Notes under the pieces: model-generated
Seen by the model: only the letters and a program-made list of their open reading frames with translations
Databases searched by the model: none
Told to the model about the DNA's origin: nothing
Virus record (IMG/VR): IMGVR_UViG_3300025851_000003
Location: 1 to 45,006 of that record
Source: a virus
Length of the DNA stretch: 45,006 bases
Direction: 5' to 3' (one strand)
Shown: positions 1 through 6,557 of the stretch, piece after piece
How positions within the stretch are numbered: the stretch's first letter is position 1
How the letters are laid out: each line of letters begins with the position of its first letter
Translations under genes and position numbers: made by a program

Positions 1-127
1 AATTAGTCGACAGTAGTCTCCTTCTCATAATTCCTCTGAGATATTTTTAAGGTGCTAAGAACACAAGCGTCCCGGCCCCTGCCCCCCATACACGCCCTTT
101 ATGGAAGTAGCCACTAACATTGATTTG
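1..127. repeat. Terminal duplication, left copy (identical to 44880-45006)
   Basis: Compared base by base by eye: 127/127 identical to the window end. Direct orientation. Unique genome length is therefore 44879 bp. Confidence 0.95.
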
Positions 128-248
128 TGTGATAGTAGACAACACTGTTGTCGGAGAGGTGTGGTGCTAAGTGTTTGAGCCAATTCCCCACTAAGATGAC
201 CCCTGAATAGGACATGCCCTGAATAGGTGCAGCCTTAGTCGCACTAGT

Positions 249-261
249 GTAGTCGGACTAT
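249..261. repeat. Palindrome family, degenerate 13-nt copy GTAGTCGGACTAT
   Basis: In the non-coding leader upstream of the first early ORF. Confidence 0.4.
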
Positions 262-285
262 GTTGTGTAAAGATGAAATGAGTAG

Positions 286-314
286 TAGACATACCTAATG
301 ATAACTGCCATACT
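286..314 (+). promoter_or_regulatory. Candidate sigma70-like early promoter (TAGACA-N17-CATACT)
   Basis: -35-like TAGACA at 286-291, 17-nt spacer, -10-like CATACT at 309-314, about 50 nt upstream of the first plus-strand ORF (ATG 363). Found by eye only. Confidence 0.25.
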
Positions 315-362
315 GTATACAGATCGAGGTATCCTACCTTTATCGTTAAAGAGGTTCTTATT

Positions 363-533
363 ATGTTCTCTATAGTGTTCGCTCTAATGCTCTTAGTAGG
401 TGGTATCGTTGGATTCGTCCTAGCTGCCATACACCAAGATGAGCAACCAGATCAAGATGAGTTCATGTCTTGTGATAGTAGCTGTTACTGTAAGTCTGAT
501 ACTAAGAACAATGGTCGTAAGGGGAGTAAGTAA
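363..533 (+). CDS. Small early membrane protein (56 aa)
   Basis: Below the ORF-track size cutoff. ATG is preceded by AAGAGG. Hydrophobic helix FSIVFALMLLVGGIVGFVLAAI, then a Cys-rich polar tail. Stop overlaps the next ATG (TAATG). Confidence 0.5.
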   Translation: MFSIVFALMLLVGGIVGFVLAAIHQDEQPDQDEFMSCDSSCYCKSDTKNNGRKGSK

Positions 534-694
534 TGTTTAAGATTAAGATTAGAATGTGCGGTGAGTGGTTCATTCTTGAGAGTGATAAAGGTTCTAAGGA
601 GCCAGACACCTTTAATACTTTTGAAGAGGCAGAGGTGGTCGCCAAGGAAAAGAGTCGTATGCTCAACACACGGTGTAAGGTGGTGAAGGCATGA
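533..694 (+). CDS. Small early protein (53 aa)
   Basis: ATG overlaps the upstream stop (TAATG). AAGGGGAG lies upstream. Its stop TGA overlaps the next ATG (ATGA). Confidence 0.45.
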   Translation: MFKIKIRMCGEWFILESDKGSKEPDTFNTFEEAEVVAKEKSRMLNTRCKVVKA

Positions 695-780
695 TTAATC
701 TTCTCCTTATTCGCTTGCATCCAATCACTAGCTGTGTAATAATACTGGCTTACTCATTCATACTATCAGGTACTCTATAA
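691..780 (+). CDS. Tiny hydrophobic ORF (29 aa)
   Basis: ATGA and TAATG coupling on both sides. AAGGTGGTGAAGG upstream. Very short, so weakly supported. Confidence 0.3.
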   Translation: MINLLLIRLHPITSCVIILAYSFILSGTL

Positions 781-950
781 TGGACTTTCAAACAATAGCT
801 TTAATCATCATCTGCCTTTGCTTCCTACCCACTGCTATCATGGTAGCGTTGCATCTCTTAACCTTATTCGTTGTTATACCATGTGCTGTTGTCATGCGTT
901 GGGTATACAAGATGTGTAAGATGAATCCACCAAAGAAGTGGGAGGGATAA
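780..950 (+). CDS. Small early membrane protein (56 aa, two hydrophobic segments)
   Basis: Translated by eye as MDFQTIALIIICLCFLPTAIMVALHLLTLFVVIPCAVV... followed by a basic tail. Coupled to the upstream stop. Confidence 0.45.
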   Translation: MDFQTIALIIICLCFLPTAIMVALHLLTLFVVIPCAVVMRWVYKMCKMNPPKKWEG

Positions 951-951
951 C

Positions 952-1059
952 ATGGAACTGCTAGTAATCGCCTTCGTTATAGCAGTCATCCCATTCTCTC
1001 TTACAATACTAGCCTTAACAGTACGTGAAATAATCATTGAACTAGATAGAGGTACTTAA
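952..1059 (+). CDS. Tiny membrane protein (35 aa)
   Basis: GGGAGGG Shine-Dalgarno upstream. Hydrophobic MELLVIAFVIAVIPFSLTILALTV. Ends 1 nt before ATG 1061. Confidence 0.4.
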   Translation: MELLVIAFVIAVIPFSLTILALTVREIIIELDRGT

Positions 1060-1060
1060 C

Positions 1061-1243
1061 ATGAACTATGAACAAGTGGAAGCAGTAGCTAAGGATATAC
1101 TAGCTAAACTTAATAGTGGTGAGTTGAAGAAGAGTGAGGCAGTGGCATGCCTTGAGGAGATCCAACGTACAGCAGGGAATGAGTTCTACTTAGTCAATGA
1201 GGATGGTACGTACTACTTAATGGAAGACGGGGAAGAGATATGA
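1061..1243 (+). CDS. Hypothetical early protein (60 aa)
   Basis: ORF track. AGAGGT upstream. Stop overlaps the next start (ATGA). Confidence 0.6.
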   Translation: MNYEQVEAVAKDILAKLNSGELKKSEAVACLEEIQRTAGNEFYLVNEDGTYYLMEDGEEI

Positions 1244-1662
1244 TCTGCGGTCATAAGTTTCAACAGGGTATCACTTGCAATCAAGAGATATCATTTAAGA
1301 TGGGATTCAAGTTAGGTATGTGTGCCTCGTGTTACCAGCTAACTCAGGATAAGAGAAGGAAGAAGATAGAAGATGAGGAGATAGAGGCAAGACGTGCAAT
1401 CAAAGAACGAATGGTGTTAGAACAGAGGAAGATAGAGAAGAGCGAGACTGTGATACTTGAACAAGTGATAAAGGAGTATAAAGAAGCGGTAGCTGAGGAG
1501 AAAGCGAGAGAGGTGGATGCTGCATTCATCCAGTGGGCTCATAAGATACAAGAGGAATGGACGGGTATAGAAGAGGAGAAAGCGAGTGAGAAAGAAGAAG
1601 AAAAGAAAAGAGTTAATGTCGCAATAAGACATAGACATAGTAAGTTAGGTGTGAGATACTAG
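1240..1662 (+). CDS. Hypothetical early protein with N-terminal Cys cluster and Glu/Lys-rich helical region (140 aa)
   Basis: ORF track. GGGGAAGAG upstream. Cys residues at C3, C13, C28 and C31, then a long charged helix-like segment. Confidence 0.65.
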   Translation: MICGHKFQQGITCNQEISFKMGFKLGMCASCYQLTQDKRRKKIEDEEIEARRAIKERMVLEQRKIEKSETVILEQVIKEYKEAVAEEKAREVDAAFIQWAHKIQEEWTGIEEEKASEKEEEKKRVNVAIRHRHSKLGVRY

Positions 1663-1668
1663 CTTCCT

Positions 1669-1685
1669 AGTTGAGAGACACAGGC
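1669..1685. repeat. Direct repeat AGTTGAGAGACACAGGC (copy 1)
   Basis: 17-mer repeated with one mismatch at 1840-1856. The pair brackets a 244-bp non-coding stretch. Confidence 0.7.
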
Positions 1686-1839
1686 CAAGAGGCCAAGTCT
1701 GATTGGTAAGGTAATAGCTGCCTAAGTCTTCGCATACAGCCCGAAGCTAACCGATCACCAACTAGAGAAGAAGAAAGAAGAGAAAAAGAATTAGAGAAAA
1801 GAGTAGACAAGGTGGCCAAGGTATGAGATACTGGGCACC

Positions 1840-1856
1840 AGTTGAGAGAGACAGGC
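1840..1856. repeat. Direct repeat AGTTGAGAGAGACAGGC (copy 2)
   Basis: 16/17 identical to 1669-1685. Confidence 0.7.
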
Positions 1857-1880
1857 AATCATGCCTACCCAGTTTAACAT

Positions 1881-1893
1881 GTAGTCTGACTAC
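1881..1893. repeat. Palindrome family, 13-nt variant GTAGTCTGACTAC (flanked T...A)
   Basis: Intergenic. Followed by AAAGGA and then ATG 1907. Confidence 0.7.
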
Positions 1894-1906
1894 AAAGGAA
1901 AAGATT

Positions 1907-2497
1907 ATGACTAACCTAGTGATTCATGCAAAGGCAGTATTAAAAGCAGCAGTTAACAGCCAGAAGTTGATCGACAAGCAGGCTGCTAAGATTAGCGACA
2001 AGATCCTTGAGTTGTACAAGGCGAGTGATAGCTTGCAGTTGTTCAAGCAAGCATGTCAGGAAGCAGAGGGCGACTACCGTACAGCATGTGCTAAGGCTGG
2101 TACTAAGGACAACCTACCACGTTGCTGGTCACAAGCTAAGTCTGACCTAGTAGCAGCAGCCACTGCGGGTATCGATGTTAAGGGTTGTGCCTCAGTTAGC
2201 CAAGCCAAGCGTAAGAAGATCGAAGCTAACAAGGAGAAGGTAGCCAAGGACACAGTACACGCCAACGCAGGGCCAGCTAAGTCTGATGATGATGCTAGCC
2301 TAAGCAACAACAAGTTCGTGGTACTGAGTGAGCTGTTAGGCCAGCTGAGTGAGAGCATGCAAGGTGTCATGATGGATACCTTCATTGAGCAGGCCACCAA
2401 TGCAGTGAACACGATGTCCGACGACGCTTTCACTCAAGCAACAGGTGGTGCTACATACACTCGCGTTAAGGCTGACGCTAAGCTAGCTGCTGTTTAA
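1907..2497 (+). CDS. Hypothetical protein (196 aa)
   Basis: The ORF track opens this frame at 1823. ATG 1907 (MTNLVIHAK) has AAAGGAAAAG at the right spacing, whereas ATG 1823 has no usable SD and overlaps the repeat region. Confidence 0.7.
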   Translation: MTNLVIHAKAVLKAAVNSQKLIDKQAAKISDKILELYKASDSLQLFKQACQEAEGDYRTACAKAGTKDNLPRCWSQAKSDLVAAATAGIDVKGCASVSQAKRKKIEANKEKVAKDTVHANAGPAKSDDDASLSNNKFVVLSELLGQLSESMQGVMMDTFIEQATNAVNTMSDDAFTQATGGATYTRVKADAKLAAV

Positions 2498-2525
2498 GCT
2501 AGCGATTGACCAAGGGGTACACGTT

Positions 2526-2765
2526 ATGCCACAATTAAATCGAATACGCTCTTACATAGAGCAAGTAGAAGAGTTGTTAGCGCAAGGGAAGAAGGGGGTT
2601 GACGTACAAGCTTACACCTACCTACTCAGCCTACGTAAACAGTTGGCGTCCTATCAAGCTAGCGGTATGTTAACAGCGACAGGTGAAGAGGATGCGGCGA
2701 AGTATCAGAGCGACATCTCTGTCATGATCATGATGTTAGATGAGGAACATGACGATGGATGTTAA
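2526..2765 (+). CDS. Hypothetical protein (79 aa)
   Basis: ORF track. AAGGGG upstream. Confidence 0.7.
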   Translation: MPQLNRIRSYIEQVEELLAQGKKGVDVQAYTYLLSLRKQLASYQASGMLTATGEEDAAKYQSDISVMIMMLDEEHDDGC

Positions 2766-2937
2766 TGTGAAGGGCGACAAGTGCACCATGTACAAGCAGT
2801 ATCGTATCACCTTAAACTCAGGTGTTACCTTTGAAGTTGCAGCCACTCGGTTAGGTGGAGCGTTAGCACTAGCCGAGATGCAGTGCGGAATATACGATGA
2901 GGTCACAGGTATAATCCGTTTAAGTTCAACCAAGTAG
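2740..2937 (+). CDS. Hypothetical protein (65 aa; could instead start at 2755)
   Basis: ORF track. Its TAG stop codon lies inside the palindrome at 2934-2947. Confidence 0.5.
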   Translation: MRNMTMDVNVKGDKCTMYKQYRITLNSGVTFEVAATRLGGALALAEMQCGIYDEVTGIIRLSSTK

Positions 2938-2947
2938 TCTAGACTAC
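2934..2947. repeat. Palindrome family, perfect GTAGTCTAGACTAC
   Basis: Its first TAG is the stop codon of CDS 2740-2937. A half site (AAGTAGTC) follows at 2951. Confidence 0.85.
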
Positions 2948-2996
2948 ATGAAGTAGTCAGCAAGCATACAGCATTAGCATAAGGTAGGGTAAAGTT

Positions 2997-3140
2997 ATGA
3001 GTAAGTACAACGAGTATGATGTGGTACGTGACGGTGTGAGCAAGTCAGCATTGGAACGCAAGGCTAAGGTCAAGGCACATGGTAAGGCAAGACGTAATGG
3101 ACGTGCTCGTAAGGCTTACGGGGGTTCAGGACATGTCTAA
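2997..3140 (+). CDS. Small basic protein (47 aa)
   Basis: Below the ORF-track cutoff. AAGGTAGGG upstream. Translated by eye as MSKYNEYDVVRDGVSKSALERKAKVKAHGKARRNGRARKAYGGSGHV. Stop overlaps ATG 3133 (ATGTCTAA). Confidence 0.4.
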   Translation: MSKYNEYDVVRDGVSKSALERKAKVKAHGKARRNGRARKAYGGSGHV

Positions 3141-3318
3141 CCTACCAGCTGTACCTGAAGCGTGGCGGATAGTGCGACATGAGAGAGGTGGCAAGAAGGT
3201 GATACATGATAACTTGACACACCGCGTTGCACTCCATTGGGCTAAGGTATACCAGAAAGAAGCTGACGTTTGTAATAAAGATTATGTCTATGACATGGAG
3301 ATGGTAGAGTATGAGTAG
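3133..3318 (+). CDS. Hypothetical protein (61 aa)
   Basis: Same frame as track ORF 3079-3318. I prefer the internal ATG 3133 (MSNLPAV) because it has a GGGGG..AGGA SD and is coupled to the upstream small ORF. Confidence 0.55.
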   Translation: MSNLPAVPEAWRIVRHERGGKKVIHDNLTHRVALHWAKVYQKEADVCNKDYVYDMEMVEYE

Positions 3319-3499
3319 TCGATATAAAATCTTAGTGGATACGGTGCCTTCAGAGTTAGAGAACCAAGTTAACCTGCACTTACAGGATGGTTACACGGTA
3401 GCTCAGCCCATGGTAGCGGTTAGCGTGGGGCAGTACACGAAGCTGTTCCAAGTTATGATCAAGTATGAGGATGCACTGATGAAGCAGTACGGTGTATGA
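3311..3499 (+). CDS. Hypothetical protein (62 aa)
   Basis: ORF track. Overlaps the upstream stop. Confidence 0.6.
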   Translation: MSSRYKILVDTVPSELENQVNLHLQDGYTVAQPMVAVSVGQYTKLFQVMIKYEDALMKQYGV

Positions 3500-3642
3500 A
3501 GATCATAACAGTGACAGCGGTACGGTATGACACGCTACTCAATGCGATGGCCCATAAGGGGCACGAAGGGTACGTTAAGACTGGCATCATGGTGCATGAG
3601 GACAACGTCTTCAAGCAGAAGATGAAGAAGATCACAGACTAG
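3496..3642 (+). CDS. Small hypothetical protein (48 aa)
   Basis: Below the track cutoff. ATGA overlap with the upstream stop. The SD is weak. Confidence 0.4.
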   Translation: MKIITVTAVRYDTLLNAMAHKGHEGYVKTGIMVHEDNVFKQKMKKITD

Positions 3643-3651
3643 GACACACAC

Positions 3652-3673
3652 AGCTCGCTATCATAGGCGGGCT
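3652..3673 (+). other. Hairpin AGCTCGC-N8-GCGGGCT abutting a promoter-like -35
   Basis: 7-bp stem with one T-G pair. No U tract follows. The arm sequence resembles the terminator hairpin at 36031-36060 (AGCCCGC...GCGGGCT). Confidence 0.3.
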
Positions 3674-3701
3674 TGACGTGGTGTAACCTTTTGAATATCA
3701 A
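3673..3701 (+). promoter_or_regulatory. Candidate sigma70-like promoter (TTGACG-N17-TATCAA) in front of the amidoligase island
   Basis: Lies in the 91-bp intergenic gap before ATG 3734. A perfect palindrome copy at 3703-3716 follows immediately, in an operator-like position at the predicted start site. Confidence 0.35.
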
Positions 3702-3702
3702 T

Positions 3703-3716
3703 GTAGTCTAGACTAC
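3703..3716. repeat. Palindrome family, perfect copy (16-bp with T...A flanks)
   Basis: Intergenic. Sits just after the promoter-like TATCAA and 17 nt before ATG 3734. Confidence 0.85.
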
Positions 3717-3733
3717 AACAACGGAGAGAGACA

Positions 3734-4612
3734 ATGACAACTATCGCTTATGATATTGTATACGGTAATGGCAAGACAGTATTCCTAGACTGCGAGCACT
3801 GCTTCGGTAAGCTCAAGCACCTTGAGGAACAAGCGGAATGGTCGGACAAAATAAACTCGCCAAAGATTAACGATGGTGTACAGTTCATTCGCTATTACAT
3901 GGAAGCTAAGTATGAGGACAAGGCAGCGGCGCTTGCATGGTACGAGTACCTGTTATCAACTAAGATATTCGGTGGCTTAGTACTAGGCACCAAGCAATAC
4001 CGCCCAGTTGATATGTTAGAGAATGGCATCAACGTGAGTACACGTGGTCGTCCTTATCACATGCTTAACACACTGTCTATGTATCGTCATGCATATACAC
4101 ACTACCGACAGGTTGACATCTTCCACAAGCTGTTAGGGTTGGGGGTTAACAAGCACATGGCAGCGATTGCAGGTAACTTGCTGGACTATCAAGACAACCG
4201 TAACATAACAACCCTCAAGCATGAGGACGCGGAACATGCAGTGGTATGTCACAACACCTTCACACCGCGTGACTACCAACGGTACGTTGCTATGGCAGAG
4301 GGCACTAAGAAGGTACCGACTAGCCGACACGACCAGAAAGAAAGCTATCGTGTTAAGCCTGAGTATAAGGCGGGCGGTGTGGCTACTTGGTTGACATACA
4401 CGGATGATCGTGATAAGCACAGCGGTAAGGAATTGCTGGGTAACTTGCTGTTAGAGCAGGCATACACAGTACGGTATGACAAAGAGAAGAAAGAGGTAGT
4501 GGACATTATATCTGTTCCTCTCGCTGTAGATAGCAACGATACAGCTGCTATGGCACGGTTAGCCACACAACTGAACAAGTTACACGATGAACTTATCAAT
4601 GATGTAGTCTAA
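3734..4612 (+). CDS. Hypothetical protein (292 aa), first gene of the amidoligase island
   Basis: ORF track. GGAGAGAG upstream. No motif recognised. Its TAA stop lies inside the palindrome copy at 4604-4617. Confidence 0.8.
   Translation: MTTIAYDIVYGNGKTVFLDCEHCFGKLKHLEEQAEWSDKINSPKINDGVQFIRYYMEAKYEDKAAALAWYEYLLSTKIFGGLVLGTKQYRPVDMLENGINVSTRGRPYHMLNTLSMYRHAYTHYRQVDIFHKLLGLGVNKHMAAIAGNLLDYQDNRNITTLKHEDAEHAVVCHNTFTPRDYQRYVAMAEGTKKVPTSRHDQKESYRVKPEYKAGGVATWLTYTDDRDKHSGKELLGNLLLEQAYTVRYDKEKKEVVDIISVPLAVDSNDTAAMARLATQLNKLHDELINDVV
4571..4599 (+). promoter_or_regulatory. Weak promoter-like element (CTGAAC-N17-TATCAA) inside the 3-prime end of the 292-aa gene
   Basis: Has the same TATCAAT..GTAGTC arrangement as at 3696-3716. 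The -35 is poor. Confidence 0.2.
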
Positions 4613-4617
4613 ACTAC
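4604..4617. repeat. Palindrome family, GTAGTCTAAACTAC (1 mismatch)
   Basis: Its TAA is the stop of CDS 3734-4612. Followed by AAAGGA and ATG 4631. Confidence 0.8.
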
Positions 4618-4630
4618 AAAGGATAGAGAG

Positions 4631-5422
4631 ATGAACGCATTAACTGTTGGACATGACGCTGAAGTTTTTGTAACTAACCGAGGTACTATAGCCCATGCTA
4701 TTGGGTTGTTAGGTGGTACTAAGGACGAGCCCTTGCAGGTTGATCAAGGTGCCATACAAGAAGACAACGTGCTAGCTGAGCTTAACATCTGGCCTGCTAC
4801 TAATGCCGATGACTTCGTATCACGTACCAATGTGGTGATGGATGAGATTGTTACACGATTACCTGATGGGTATGACGTACGTGTTCAAGCATCGCATCAT
4901 TACACTAAGCCTGTGCTTATGGCTATGCCTGACCAAGCGTTAGACTTTGGATGTAGTCCAGACTACAATGCATGGACACTGAGTGCTAATGATGTGTCAT
5001 CTCCCTTGACTACACTGCGTACAGCGGGGGGACATGTGCACATAGGGTTCTCACAGGCCGTGACAGCCACCTCACAGGTAGAAGTCATGCGTATGTGTGA
5101 CTACCTATTGGGTCTGCCCTCTGTCCTGTTAGACGATGATGTAGAGCGTCGCTCTTTGTATGGTAAGGCAGGTGCTTACCGTCCTAAAGCATACGGTGCT
5201 GAGTATCGTGTGCTCTCTAACTTCTGGCTGAAGGATGAGGAGTTGATGCGTTGGGTATATGCTCAAGCTGTGTTGTGTCATGATGAGACGCACATGCTAG
5301 ATCACTATGCCTCACTGCCTAACGATGAGCTGATACGTATCATCAATGAGTCAGACAAGGTAGCTGCTGCTCATTGGGTTGAACAATTAGGATTGATAAT
5401 GCCGGAGTCATACCATGTTTGA
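4631..5422 (+). CDS. COOH-NH2 ligase, phage type 2 (GCS2/glutamine-synthetase-like amidoligase family)
   Basis: 263 aa. Recognised from memory of the phiEco32-like COOH-NH2 ligase family through the motifs GHDAE, LLGGTKDEP, QEDNVLAELNI, FGCSPDYNAW, LRTAGGHVHIG, RRSLYGKAGAYRPKAYGAEYRVLSNFWL. Confidence 0.8.
   Translation: MNALTVGHDAEVFVTNRGTIAHAIGLLGGTKDEPLQVDQGAIQEDNVLAELNIWPATNADDFVSRTNVVMDEIVTRLPDGYDVRVQASHHYTKPVLMAMPDQALDFGCSPDYNAWTLSANDVSSPLTTLRTAGGHVHIGFSQAVTATSQVEVMRMCDYLLGLPSVLLDDDVERRSLYGKAGAYRPKAYGAEYRVLSNFWLKDEELMRWVYAQAVLCHDETHMLDHYASLPNDELIRIINESDKVAAAHWVEQLGLIMPESYHV
4953..4966. repeat. Palindrome family, GTAGTCCAGACTAC (1 mismatch)
   Basis: Inside the COOH-NH2 ligase gene, read as S-P-D-Y. 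Confidence 0.75.
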
Positions 5423-5723
5423 AGTAGGGGATATAGTTCAGGGTAAAACTCCCGCTTATCTCGACTACACTATCACCACACATGATGCAACCTTGGAGGT
5501 GGTAGAGGTGAGAGGTCGGAATGTCATGATAGTTAAAGTTGTGCAACATCGCACCCGTCCTGATACCATTGGTAGTAGACACGGTGTCCGGTGTAAGGAC
5601 TTTATCTATCTTGGCACTGCGTGTGATGTTGTAGCGGTGAGTAGTTTAGACTACATGCAATCCAGTGAGCTGTCCGATGTGGATAAGATATTAATAGAGG
5701 GGGCGCTGTCATGTTTAAAGTAG
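5415..5723 (+). CDS. Small-protein paralog P1 (102 aa): variable N-terminal MFxVGD domain plus conserved acidic tail
   Basis: MFEVGDIV... then VSSLDYMQSSELSDVDKILIEGAL. Overlaps its neighbours at a conserved ATGTTTGAAGTAGG junction. Confidence 0.8.
   Translation: MFEVGDIVQGKTPAYLDYTITTHDATLEVVEVRGRNVMIVKVVQHRTRPDTIGSRHGVRCKDFIYLGTACDVVAVSSLDYMQSSELSDVDKILIEGALSCLK
5641..5654. repeat. Palindrome family, GTAGTTTAGACTAC (1 mismatch, synonymous)
   Basis: Encodes SLDY of paralog P1. Confidence 0.75.
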
Positions 5724-6025
5724 GTGATATAGTAGTAGGTAAGAAACTTGACCACCCAGTGTATGGTCTCACCAATCATGAGGCTGTAATGGAGGTGATT
5801 AATACAACAGCACATGGCTCCAATAGGATGAGAGTTAAAATTCTTGTTGCACCACCGCGCAGAGAGGATCAAGTGGGCAAGGATTATCCGGTTGCTAAAA
5901 GACACTTCGAACTCTACATACCTGCACAAGATAAGGTAATAGTGAGAAGTACAGATTACATGGACTGTGATGACTTGTCTGATGAGGACAAGGAGATAAT
6001 AGGGGCGGCGTTATGTTTGCAGTAG
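5711..6025 (+). CDS. Small-protein paralog P2 (104 aa)
   Basis: MFKVGDIV... then VRSTDYMDCDDLSDEDKEIIGAAL. The upstream stop overlaps the start by 13 nt (ATGTTTAAAGTAG). Confidence 0.8.
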   Translation: MFKVGDIVVGKKLDHPVYGLTNHEAVMEVINTTAHGSNRMRVKILVAPPRREDQVGKDYPVAKRHFELYIPAQDKVIVRSTDYMDCDDLSDEDKEIIGAALCLQ

Positions 6026-6291
6026 GTGATAGAGTTGTCCGCACGGTGGCATGGAACTATGCCCGCGGCATGGTTGTAGGTGAGGTTTATACAGTCACGC
6101 ATGTCATCAAACTACGTGAAGGTTCAAGACTACGTTACGTTGAACTGGACGGTATGCTTGGTCTATACAACGCTGAGAACTTCGAGCTAGTACAATCAAT
6201 GACGGTAGTAAGTAGTCTAGACTACATGAATGACACCGTGTTAGATGAGGAAGACAAGCGTATCATAGGAGAAGCGTTATGTTTAAAGTAG
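6013..6291 (+). CDS. Small-protein paralog P3 (92 aa)
   Basis: MFAVGDRV... then VSSLDYMNDTVLDEEDKRIIGEAL. Same overlapping junction. Confidence 0.8.
   Translation: MFAVGDRVVRTVAWNYARGMVVGEVYTVTHVIKLREGSRLRYVELDGMLGLYNAENFELVQSMTVVSSLDYMNDTVLDEEDKRIIGEALCLK
6212..6225. repeat. Palindrome family, perfect copy
   Basis: Encodes SLDY of paralog P3. Confidence 0.85.
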
Positions 6292-6557
6292 GTGATAGCG
6301 TTGTAAGAATCAACAGAAACATGCCACATACCGGAGTGTATGTAGGAGATACGTATACAGTAGCACATTCCGATATGCGGGGTAATATAGGCGTCATAAC
6401 GTTGGTGGGTCTCGGATCGGCTGTGTTCTACTCAAGCAACTTCAAGCTCGGACAGCAATCATTCAGGGTGAATGTAAGTAGTCTAGATTACATGAACGAT
6501 GATACCTTGAGCATTGAAGATAAACAAATTATAACTGAGGCATTGAGTAATGATTAA
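6279..6557 (+). CDS. Small-protein paralog P4 (92 aa)
   Basis: MFKVGDSV... then VSSLDYMNDDTLSIEDKQIITEAL. Confidence 0.8.
   Translation: MFKVGDSVVRINRNMPHTGVYVGDTYTVAHSDMRGNIGVITLVGLGSAVFYSSNFKLGQQSFRVNVSSLDYMNDDTLSIEDKQIITEALSND
6478..6491. repeat. Palindrome family, GTAGTCTAGATTAC (1 mismatch, synonymous)
   Basis: Encodes SLDY of paralog P4. Confidence 0.75.

Noticed and set aside
1-127. The terminal repeat as transposon-like inverted ends or an attachment site
   Set aside because: The two copies are in direct, not inverted, orientation. They sit exactly at the window ends, and no recombinase is present.
191-720. Two minus-strand ORFs from the track (191-430 and 502-720) in the left end
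   Set aside because: They have no SD-like sequence and run against the direction of the whole left arm. They are covered by a chain of plus-strand ORFs with good SDs and stop/start coupling. I treat them as antisense artefacts.
1344-1858. Minus-strand ORFs 1344-1529, 1417-1638 and 1667-1858
   Set aside because: The first two are antisense to a Glu/Lys-rich coding region, where purine-rich sense gives open Ser/Phe/Leu-rich antisense frames. The third simply spans the repeat-bounded non-coding region and starts and ends within the two direct repeats.
6140-6169. TTGAAC-N18-TATACA inside paralog P3, resembling the conserved promoter
   Set aside because: It lacks the A-rich upstream tract and the TCTAAT -10 shared by the three intergenic copies, and it lies mid-gene. 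It is probably a chance match, though start-site mapping would settle it.
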